From Rhynchobatus australiae (lineage: Eukaryota), in assembly GCA_034780895.1 (NCBI GenBank), contig JAUZTB010000062.1, positions 21,677,586 to 21,739,507 of the forward strand: 61,922 bases of DNA, read 5' to 3'. A program made the translations under genes and the position numbers. Every line of letters begins with the position of its first letter. Position 1 is the first letter of the stretch. Under the pieces are notes generated by a model. That model was given only the letters and a program-made list of their open reading frames with translations. It searched no databases and had not been told where the DNA came from. Of the stretch, positions 11,915 through 22,818 are shown one piece after another.

Positions 11915-13330
11915 AGGCTACTACAGTGGAAGAGTTAGCATGGTTGCTTCACAGCTCCAAAGATCTAGGTTCAATCCTGACCTCCAGTGCTGTTGCGCGT
12001 GAAGTTTGCATATTCTCCCTGTGACTGCATGGGTTTCTTCTGGGTGCTCCAGTTTTCCAAAGACATGCAGTTTAGTCAGTTAATTTCCTACTGTAAGTCA
12101 TCCCTGGTGTACAAGTGAGTAGTAGAACTTGAGGGGAATTGGTATCGGTACATTATTGTCATGTGTACCAAGATACTGTGAGAAACTTTGTTGCGTGCCA
12201 GCCAGGCAGATCATGCCATACACAAGTACACTGAGGTAGCAATATAATGTTGCAGCTACAGAGAAAGTGCAGTGCAGGTAAATAAATAAAGTGCAAGGAC
12301 CGAGATGAGGTAGACTGGGAGATTGAGAATTAATCTTTTAAGCTTTTGTATCTTCCGCCTGATGAGAGAGGGGAGAAGAGAAAATGACTGGGGTGGGAGG
12401 GGTGCTTTGTTATGTTGGTTGCTTTCCTGAAGCAGCGGGAAGTGTAGATGGAGTCAATGGAGGGGAGGCTGGTTTACTTGATGGATGAGGCTGCATTTAT
12501 AATTCACTGCAACTTCTTGCGGTCTTGGGCAGAACTGTTGCATACAAAGCTGTAATGCATTTAGATAGGATGCTTTCTATGGTGCATCTGTAATAATTGG
12601 TAAGAGTCATCTGGGACATGCCGAATTTCCTTAGCCTTCTGAGGAAGTAGAGGAACTCGTGTGCTTTCTTGGCCATAACATCAATGTGGCTGGACTAGGA
12701 CAAATTGTTTGTGATATTTACACCTTGGAACTTGAAGTGCTCAACTATCTTCACCTCAGCACCATTGATACAGTCAGGGTCGTGTACTCCAGCCTGCTTC
12801 CTGAAGTCTATGACCAGCTCCTTTGTTTTGCTGACATTGAGGGAGACATTGTTGTCTTGGCACCATGCCACTATGCTCTCTATCTCCCTTCTGTACTCTA
12901 CCTTGTTTGCAAAGTCATCTGCAAACTTGTAAATGGAGTCAGAACAGAATTTGGCCTCACGGTCGTGTGTATATTGGGAATATAGTTAAGGGGCTGAGAA
13001 TGCAGCTTTGCAGGGCACCAATGCTGAGGATTATTATGGAGGAGGTGTTGACGCCTATCCTTATTGATTGTGGTCTGTTGGGCCGGAAGTCAAGGATCCA
13101 GTTGCAGAGGGGGATGCAGAGTCCTACATCCTGGAGCTTGGAGATCAGTTTGTTTGGAATTATGGTGTTGAAGGCCAAACTATAGACAATAAATAGGAGC
13201 CTGATGTAGGTGCCTATGTTCTCCTAATGTTCCCAAGATGGAATGTGGGGAGAAAGAAAAGGGTGCTTGATGGTTGACATGGAAACTGTGGGCTGAAGGC
13301 CCTTTTTCCACATTGTATGACTCTATACCA
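11915..13330 (+). mobile_element. HE1-type V-SINE interrupted by a Rex1/Babar LINE (SINE pieces 11915-12141 and about 13237-13330)
   Basis: tRNA head and V core up to GAGGGGAATTG. The sequence resumes as GATGGAATGTGGGG..GGGTGCTTGATGG..GGGCTGAAGGCCC, collinear with the intact copy at 33737-34065. Confidence 0.7.
12141..13215 (-). mobile_element. Rex1/Babar LINE 3' half (RT C-terminus and 3' UTR), decayed
   Basis: ORF 12957-13178: AFNTIIPNKLISKLQDVGLCIPLCNWILDF..RPQSIRIG..LSIGALQSCILSP. Also LYFLRRLRKFGMS. Tail CACAGTATCTTGGTACACATGACAATAA. Confidence 0.85.
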
Positions 13331-16300
13331 TACCAGGATATGGCCAGACTGATGATATACATTGCAGAAGAAAGTTCCAAAACTAGAAAAGTAAAATGTC
13401 TTTATGTGCACCATGAAGTAATGTCATTAGTTATTCAATATTTCTGATTTAGTACAGAAAATGTTTGTGTGTGGAAAACATGGACTCTCACAGAGTGTTG
13501 TAGTTCCAATAGTACGAAATAACAGAAATGCACAGAACAAAAAAATCTAGTATGACACCTATACAAAACTGACTTACCTAAAGCATTGTTGGACCTTTAA
13601 ATTACTGTTTTTGAGATCCATTGTTGGAATCTTCCCCCTTGCTATTGCACCTTTGTTCTGAACAAAGACTCTCATAGTAACTTACATCCAGATAGCAGGA
13701 TATGGGAAAACGACCTGTTTAATGAATTAGTCTTGATAACAACTTCTATCAGACAAGTGGTACTATTGTCTACTCTTGGAAAATTTCAGGTATGTTCATC
13801 ATAAGTACTATATTGTTAGATGCATTTTTTTGTAAAAGCATGGAACGCTGATGTTAATAATAATGGTATATTCCAAAGTCTGACTACTGATTTTGATTTA
13901 AATTTAGCTTTTTTACTTCCTATCAGATAGAATTTTCACTGACAACTATACATCTAGACTATTGAAAGAATCTAAACCCATATCAACTGTGTAAGGCTGG
14001 CAGAATCACAGGTAATAAAAGTGTAATGCTGGTTGGTCAGGCACAGCTTTCAAATCAGCTTTCATTTCCTCCTCTACGAGTAAGCGTCCAACACCTCACT
14101 CAGCATTTTGGCCTTGTTCTCAGTTGCAGATCTCAAGAATAATCCACCTTACATATAATTCACACATAAGTAGACTTAGCTTTGAGCTGCAGATCTTGCT
14201 AAAAACTGACGTTTAAAAACTGTGCTGAATGTGACTGTTCCTAATTGGAATGAATGCATAAAAATGTATCAGTTTGCATAGAAAATATTAAATTATACGT
14301 GTGCACCATCTATAACATTAACAAGGAATTACAATTGACTTAATATTATAGAAAATAAATTCTGCTGCTTCTCTAGCAGATGTTCCAATATTACGCTTCA
14401 CAGGTGCCACTATATTTTCTACATGACTGTTATTTCTTACATTTAAAAGGTTATTTTGATGTACATCAGTGAGTGGAAAACTCAAAAGGGAAAATATTGC
14501 TGGGTTAAGCCTCAATGCACCAGCTAAATCTGCTACACAAGGAAAATGTACTGTCTTTAAAAATGATACTGGATTTAACACCCAATTTAACACTAGCATT
14601 TTCATAAAATTACATAGATATAGTTACAAGGCTTCAGGCATGAGGAAAGAAATTCTTTTATATTCCATTTTTCCAACTGATTCCCAGCAATTACAAGTAA
14701 CATAAAGGTAAATTCAAAATATATATTGAATTGTTCTCAAAGAAAAGGATTCTTTATACTTGCCCTGTTAAAATCATATATCCTTTATAATATGTTTGTT
14801 TAATTAACAGTTCTGTGGGATGGAGGTACAGAGCATGATTAAAGTCAACATTTAGTGCCACATTCTTGGTTGAAAGCAATTCATATCCTACCCTACTTAG
14901 CTCCCAAACTGAACCGCACCAAGAAAAAAAACGCAGTGGAAATCTGCAACTCAAGTGAAAATTCAAAGCATAAGGGTAATACCCAGCACTGACTGGTAAG
15001 CAGCTGAAGGTAGTTTGGCCCTGGCTTATGCCATGCAGTCTATACTTCTACTAATAAAACATAAAGGAATGAAAGTCCACAGGATGACTTATAGGAAATG
15101 AGACTAAAAATACTGCTCATGATTCTGCACAATATAAGCAATGGTTGAAATCAGAAATTATGAAGAATTTCTGCTTTATGTGATCAATAAAATAATCAAG
15201 ACAATTTTACAAATAATGACATTTTTCAAAATTCTTTAGTAAACTAGAATGTTTACATTTTCAAAATTGTATGCATAATGTGACTTCTTCCAGAGGTCAA
15301 TTAACAATTTAGTTCATATGAATTTAAACATCATTCACTAATTTTTACCAATATTTCTGCAAATAGGTCATTGTTAAACAGGTTTCTGCACTGGACGAAG
15401 TGGGGGAGAGGGGTAATCAATAGTTAAAAATTCAGAGAGGTAGAGATTAATAAAAGATAAAGAATGGATGAAATGTTCAGTCTGAAATCTCACAATCACA
15501 CTTGGTCTTCGTTATTGGTGATGATGCTCAAAAATTGCAGGGCTGAGGTTCAGTCATCAAAGACATAGAAATGAAATAAATTAGAATTAATTTTCTTGCT
15601 TATAATCCATAGAAAAATTCAAAAATACAGCTGCTAAAGTGTATACCAAATATTTTTGATTTAATTAAAAATTGCATTCAGTTATTTGTATGCCTCTCAT
15701 GTAAAGCAAAGAATTACTTTAGCCTTTCTTGATAAATCTGTTGAATATTTTAGATCACTTTTGCTAATGTTGGAATTAAAAGCAGCATCCTTCCTTTTGA
15801 AGTACAGCAATTTTGTTGTGAGTAGAACACAGTAATTACTAGATGAAAAGTGACCTCAGTCGTATTATTTGTCTTCTATCATTCAAGTAGATACATGATA
15901 TAATGATTATGGGTATTGTCAATTAATCATAGGAAATCTTTATTTACACATTCTGTCTAAATTAGACAATCATTGAAAACTCATGCAAAAAGATTTTTTG
16001 TTGAAAAATTGGGTTTGCATCCCCTCACAAACAACCTACTTGTCAATTTTATTTTAGTTTCATTTTTCAGAGTCTACAATCCTGCCTTCTTTACAAATAT
16101 CTATTTACTTTAAAATTACCTCACTTGTAAAAATTGGACCTTCAAAATTCTTTGAAACTAAACAATGAATGGAATAGAATGCCTAGAGTTTATTATATTT
16201 TTCAAAGGAGGTTTATATATTGTCTAAAGAGTCAATAACAAATTGACTTACAATCATAATTGTGTGATGATTAAAAAATCATTAATATTTGTTTTATTCA

Positions 16301-17164
16301 AACACTACTCTTCTCAAAGAATTCTCAAGAGTTCTCACGATTCCCAGATTTCCATTTGTAAACTGAAAGATTTGGTATTAGCTTTCTTTCTGTCCAGAAT
16401 TCTTTTCTCATCATATTCATTGAGTTCTTATTACTCAAGCTCATTCACAGACGAACAAGCTGTCTAAATGTAGTTATCAGTCTGTACTCTGAACATTCAT
16501 TTCGTGGCTTTCAGAAGGTGAATAAAAATAATGGGAAATGAACTCATGTGCAAATATGATTTGAATACTAAAGTACTATGGGGACTTAACTGGATAATAG
16601 TGAATCTTGACGCACAACGAATCCAGTGAACACTATGCACTGAATGCTATGTGTTCATCGTTAGGATTTATTGACCAGCCTGAGGCAACCATGCTTTTGA
16701 TCGCCTGAGCATACCATCATAGAGTCCATGACTGCCAGCACCAATTCGAAGAGTCTTGAGTTACTCAAGTGCAGCTTTCAAACACCTCAGGAGAGGGTGA
16801 AAGTCATTGCAGCCTACTGGAACTGGTACCATAACACAGATGAGAGTAGACACCATAATTATCCAATGCAGGACCAGAGATCTTGGTCAGTGAGGAGAGG
16901 GAGAGGTCTATCCATAGGGGTCCAGGAGCAGGCCAAAATAAGCTATAGGAGGATATGAATGCAAGTAGTACAGCTCCAAGGATTTGGGATGAGTACCACC
17001 AAAATAAACAATGCCAAATCACAATGTTCTGAGTAACAAAACTTCACCAAAGTCAAAGAATCACAGAAGAGGCTTTAGAGCCTATCATGCCTATGCTGTT
17101 AAAATTAACCATTTAAACTATTTCCATATCCCAAAGGATTACAATACCAAGTGCTCATTCAGAT

Positions 17165-17255
17165 TCCTTCCTTCCCCACAGATATCGTCCGACCCACTGA
17201 GTTCCTTCAGCAGATAACTTACTGCTCCAGATTGTTAATCTCTGCTTCATCTCCA
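17165..17255 (+). mobile_element. PLE tail fragment without recognisable ribozyme core
   Basis: CCACAGATATCGTCCGACCCACTGAGTTCCTTCAGCA..GCTCCAGATT matches the PLE tail of the other copies. Confidence 0.5.
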
Positions 17256-17259
17256 GTAA

Positions 17260-18360
17260 TATTGCATCATTCACGTGATGTGATGATTGGAGCCATACAC
17301 AGTACTACAGCTGTGAACTAACTAGTGCTTTTCACAGTTCAAAAATGATTTCTTTGCTCTATAATTATATACCTCGGTCAATAAAGACCAGTATTCCCTT
17401 AACTATCTTACCCACCTGTCCTGCTACCTACAGAGATTGAAGACCATATACTGCGTAATACTTCTCAGTGTCCTTCAAGTTATCATAGATTCTATTGCTC
17501 TGTTTGTCTTCCCAAGATCCATTATTTCACACTTCTCTGGATTGAATTTTGCTTGCCACTTTTTTGCTATCTGACCAATCTTCTAACAATTTTTTTAACT
17601 TACATTTCACTTCATTACCAACTACAGTCATATCAGTAAGTTTCCTAATCATGGCTCCTACATTTAAGTCCAAATCAGTAATGTACGCCACAAAAAGCTC
17701 AACAGATCCCAACTGAATTCAGGCTTTTAGTCACTAGTATACCTTTTGAATATTACTCTATGCCTTCTGCCACTCAACTAATTTTGCACCCAACTTGCCC
17801 TGGGTCTTTACTGATCCATCTATCATGTGGGGATATTGTCTGAAGTCTTTCTAAAATCCATGTGGACTGCAATCAACATGCATCTCTGATGGTTACTTGA
17901 CATTCTCTCCTTAAAATATTCCATTATTAGTCAGATATGAACTTCCCTTAACATATCTGTCCTTAATTGAACTCCTCCATTGCAAATAATAATTTATATT
18001 GTCCCCCAGATTTTTCTAATTAAATAGTTCTTCAGAAATGTTCAGTTGACTGATCAGTGATCTCCATCTCCCCTTTTAAACAAAAGGAGAATTGGAAAAT
18101 GATGGTCCCGACTTCTGCCATTTCATCCTGCACCTCACCTGTCCTAAATTGGTTAATTCTTTATTCTGAAATTGATCCCTCTAGTTTCTAATGCTCTAAA
18201 AGCAGGACCAAGTCCTTTAGCATTTATACTGCTGATCTAATTGGAATCTTGTATTTTGCAAATAGATTGTCTCTCCTTTATTTAATCTCCAAGGAATATG
18301 TGCCTCAGCTATTCAAACTCCCCAAGCCAGGAATCAATTTAGTTAACAGCTGCTTCACTA
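17260..18360 (-). mobile_element. Old CR1 RT fragments
   Basis: Reverse frames give GSVELFVAYITDLD..IRKLTDMTVVG and MDFRKTSDNIPH-like RT remnants, with many stops. Confidence 0.6.
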
Positions 18361-18369
18361 TTTCCAAGA

Positions 18370-19140
18370 TAATACGCTGGCAGCCTTCTGCCCTATAGGA
18401 TGATGGTTAACTCCATGCTGAACATCGTCTCCTGTGGCTTAGGAGCCTCCCATTGGCACGGCAGTCACTGCTGCATTTAATGCAGATGAATGCGATGAAC
18501 TGAGGAGACACAAAATTTGCTGCTCTGTCTTTTCTCTGTCCCTTCTTCTCATCCAGATGAGCTCTGCATTTCTTGCCAACTTTTCTGGTGCCCTCCTGAA
18601 CAATTAACCTCCAGAGATGCTGAGTAGAAGTACCTATCACCTAGTTTCTTTCTCCAAGTCCACTATCTTCATATCTCACTTACAGTTGTACTTGTAGCAG
18701 AAATATGGATGGCCAATTAAGCATGACACAAGTGACCAATTCACCTTTGAGAATGTCTATGAAAATACCTCCATCATCATTTGATGCAGCATGGTACTTC
18801 AGATATGCAGGGCATGACAGACTGAAATAGAATGGGCACATTATTGCTTCCTGGATAGCAATTAATGACAATCAAGATAGATTGGTTATGGTCCACACCA
18901 GCTGTACATTTAAAGGTGGAAACGTTGAGGTTACAGTTCATTTCAGAGGTGACAGGCAGCATTTCTGCAGTCAATGACATCCAGTCCTGCTGGGAAGCTT
19001 GTAATTGTTTTGTAGTCGTACGATTTTGCTGCCTCCTGCTCTCTGACAAGGAAGCATGAAATGAATTCTACTCTCCCTGAGCAGAGCATCTGTGATGTTT
19101 CCGATTCAGCACAATGATGAAAACTCTAAAATGCTGCAGA
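18370..19140 (-). mobile_element. RTE-clade (BovB-like) LINE 3' fragment
   Basis: ORF 18407-18640 ends FICIKCSSDCRANGRLLSHRRRCS, matching the C-x2-C..SH..RC C-terminus typical of RTE ORF2. Short 3' UTR. Confidence 0.6.
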
Positions 19141-19590
19141 TGTCCCTTGTTGCAAATTGTCACATGAACTAATGCTCTTTACAATATGACAGGCAGCATG
19201 CTCCTGACCACATATATGCACATGTAACCATTCGTCATATTAGTTGGAAAATGACACCTATTACTCTCAAATAACAGGGGCTACACACCAGAATTTTGGA
19301 GCGTCAAGTGTCACAAATTTTTTAAATGCAAATTATTTTTTTGAAATTGAGAAGAATTTCATTTCCTATGTTCAACTCTGCAATATTTCCCATAATTGCA
19401 TTCTATTTAATGTTGTGATGTATGCCACATTCTGGAGAAATAATGTTCTGACACTAAACAAGACTAAGGATCACTGGTTTACACTAATTGTGATAATTTA
19501 TTGTCTTTTTTGGTATTTTAGTAAACATTTTGCAGTTCCATTTTACTGGTTTACAAGTTCTTTATGACTGAAGTCAAATGCCCTTTTGTA

Positions 19591-20106
19591 GGGCCAGAAG
19601 TTGCTGCAAGCAGCAGCTCATTCATGCTTGTTGCTGAAACATGTGCCATTTACAAACTTAACTTTGTCAGTTTCAGTATCAACTTGATGCCCACAGCTAT
19701 TCCAATCCAAAACTGCAAACTCTGCAATGGCATCAAGACATTCTGTGATGGGCCAGAACAAGCTTCACCCACAAAAAGATTGCTGCCAAAGCCATGCTCC
19801 CGGGCTTTGCCAACTGTCAAAGGACTTTGAATGCATATGAATTTCTCACAAACTTATAATAAATTTAATTTGCGAAAATTAAAAGCTATTAAACACATCA
19901 AAAATAAAAAAAGTAACCATTTAAAGCACTTCTAATGCTTGAAACAAACTCAAACAAAAAAAACTGTATATTACTTCATACTTGCCCCACCTTTCACTTC
20001 TTTTAAATGAATGGGCTCAATTTTCCTGTGCCATTTGTAATTTGGCATAGCTTCAGCAGGCAGATTCCCAAGTGTGATCACTGGAGAATTGCAGCAATTT
20101 AGACCC
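19591..20106. mobile_element. Non-autonomous DNA transposon/MITE with imperfect ~18-bp TIRs
   Basis: Left end GGGCCAGAAGTTGCTGCA; right end reverse complement GGGTCTAAATTGCTGCA. AT-rich core with AAATGAATGG also seen at 21420-21870. TSD not clear. Confidence 0.5.
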
Positions 20107-21874
20107 CACTCCTGAATCTGATATGGAGAGAGATGCTGGAGTGTAGCCAGTAAAGCACAGACAGGGCTCAGCTCACAAGTTCAGGTCTGTCCATGTGTGT
20201 AGAAGAGGACAGTTTGAGCACACCTGTGACGTTTCCAAGAAAGTTCTGGTCCTTGGTATCTTTACCAGCATTTGTCCATTAGAGTTTTTCATTTCTCCCC
20301 ACCTCTTCGTGTCCTTCATGACAAAGAATCATCGGCTCACCTCCACGAAAGGCAAAAGTTTCAAAGTCCTCAGTTCAAAGCATTAAATTTTCAAGGATTC
20401 TCTTATTTATTGCTGTGAACTTTTATTAAATTGTAGGAAGTTGTAACTTCTAAATTACTTAAATTGTGAAATAAACTTCGGGGCAAAGCCAATTCTACAC
20501 TTTATATAGAGTAAAATTGTCCTTCCCTCTCTGGAGGCGTATCATCATTGATAAGTCACGTCTCTTATGTAAAAGTGTATGATCTACTGTATGGTGGAAT
20601 AGTATGTGTATTATAGGCTGCAGCCTAAGAGTAATTTGGCACTACTGTGAAGGCATAAAATCGAATTTACTGTGTGACCAAACTGTGTTGATGGCATGGA
20701 GTGTTTTATCACACACAGGGTTAAAGGCCTGAACCAGGCTTTGTGTTCGCACAGTGGAATAAATAATATTATCTCTTATTTCAAATAGTGGTGGAGTCTA
20801 AGTGATAGCTACACAAACAGTTTGAGGAAAAAGGCCTGACATTATAGCAAAAGACTTTGGTTTATATACCCTTTGGGTTTTGCTGTTAAAAGTGCACAGG
20901 TTCCTAAGGNNNNNNNNNNNNNNNNNNNNNNNNNNNNNNNNNNNNNNNNNNNNNNNNNNNNNNNNNNNNNNNNNNNNNNNNNNNNNNNNNNNNNNNNNNN
21001 NNNNNNNNNNNNNNNNNNNNNNNNNNNNNNNNNNNNNNNNNNNNNNNNNNNNNNNNNNNNNNNNNNNNNNNNNNNNNNNNNNNNNNNNNNNNNNNNNNNN
21101 NNNNNNNNNNNNNNNNNNNNNNNNNNNNNNNNNNNNNNNNNNNNNNNNNNNNNNNNNNNNNNNNNNNNNNNNNNNNNNNNNNNNNNNNNNNNNNNNNNNN
21201 NNNNNNAGTGTATTAGAACTTAATTTAATTCTGGTTATGGTTTAGAATATCTCTCATGATAAGAAATAGTACCAGATATTTCAATGAAAATTCTTGATGA
21301 AATGGTCTATATTCTGACTAAGAACTGTTTATTATATAACTGCTACTTCCAGTATAAAATGTGCTAATTGCTTACTCAGGAATCAGGCAGCATCATTGGA
21401 GAGAGAATCAGAGATTTTTGGCTGGATTGTGATGGATCAAGCCTGGACTCTCAGTGATTGCACTTTTCTTTTGTGACCATGCAGATCCCAATGTCCTGCC
21501 AGCCTTAATGTCCTCCTGTGGCCTCTTCTCAAGACTAAACACTCCATATGCAAGGACCAGACCACAGAATGTTGAAACTAAAGCCCCATCTACAGACCAT
21601 GCTACAGGCTATCCGATTGCTCATGATGGTCAGGATAATTTAGAAACAGTTAAAAACATCTTTCAGTATTATAAAATATTAATAACTAAAATTTTAAAAA
21701 AATAAAAGCATATTCAACTTATATAAATTAATTAAGAAGAAAAAGTTAATTAAAATAAAGTTTGGGGAAAAGACACTGACTTTCACTTACCCATTTTAGT
21801 GGTCAGTGACTTCATTCAAATGAATGGAGTTACACTAGACAGCAGCTACAGCTATGTTTCTCGTGTCTACCGTA

Positions 21875-22090
21875 ATCTTTCATCAGTGACATTGACCTGA
21901 AATGTTAACTCTGTTTCCCTCCACANNNNNNNNNNNNNNNNNNNNNNNNNNNNNNNNNNNNNNNNNNNNNNNNNNNNNNNNNNNNNNNNNNNNNNNNNNN
22001 NNNNNNNNNNNNNNNNNNNNNNNNNTCCCTCCACAGACGCTTGCAGAACAGCTGAGTATTTCCAGCATTTTCTCTTTGATTCCACTTTCC
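21875..22090 (+). mobile_element. PLE-derived unit with partial hammerhead (AACT subfamily), split by a gap
   Basis: TTTCATCAG (inverted core remnant) then TTGACCTGAAATGTTAACTCTGTTTCCCTCCACAGA..CTGAGTATTTCCAGCATTTT. Confidence 0.6.
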
Positions 22091-22499
22091 CATCATTTGC
22101 AGGAGTTTGCTTTCTGATATGCTGATGATGCATACAATTAAGCAAAGATAATTTATCAAAATGATTTAGAGTTCTTGCTCTTCTCATTAACAAATCACTT
22201 GTAGCTTGCCCAAGTGCCTTGGGTGTTCTTCTCATATAAAAATGTACGATCAAAGGGAACTTTTACACACTGCAACAACTATCAGGATGTATCAAAGCAC
22301 AAAATTCCTGATAAAAGTGTGCATAAAATTTATTAGTACTTCCAATTACGCTTCCGATTTTTTGTTCTGTTTTATCCTACATATAAAAATAAAGCACATG
22401 TCATTCTGAATCATCTAAAGTACTGAAAATCTTAACACATACTAGTTCCAATCCTATGAGACTGTAACTAACATGATTGTGACTGTGCATATAAGCATT

Positions 22500-22818
22500 T
22501 GAGGAGATAGAGACAAAGGATGTGAACGGGCAAGGATGTAGCACATGGAAAAGTGAAAGATCATACACCTTGGTTAAAAAGAAGAGAAAGGCAGAATATT
22601 ATTTAAATAGTGAGGCATTGAAAGATAATCGTGTTTAGTAGGTCCTAGATATCTTTGTACACAAATCACTGAAAGTTAACATGTAGGTGAGGCAAGCAAT
22701 TAGGAAAGCAAATGGCATGACGGCTGTTATTGCAAGAGGCTTTGGGTATGCGGGTAGTGACGTCTTAATGCAATTGCACAAGTTGAGAGTGCACCTCGAA
22801 TATTGTGTACAGGTCTGG
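22500..22818 (+). mobile_element. Older CR1 RT C-terminal fragment
   Basis: Translates RQAIRKANGMTAVIARG and HLEYCVQVW. Confidence 0.7.

Noticed and set aside
16619-16667. Imperfect hairpin TGAACAC..GTGTTCA
   Set aside because: Short interrupted stem, within chance expectation, and no known miRNA recognised.
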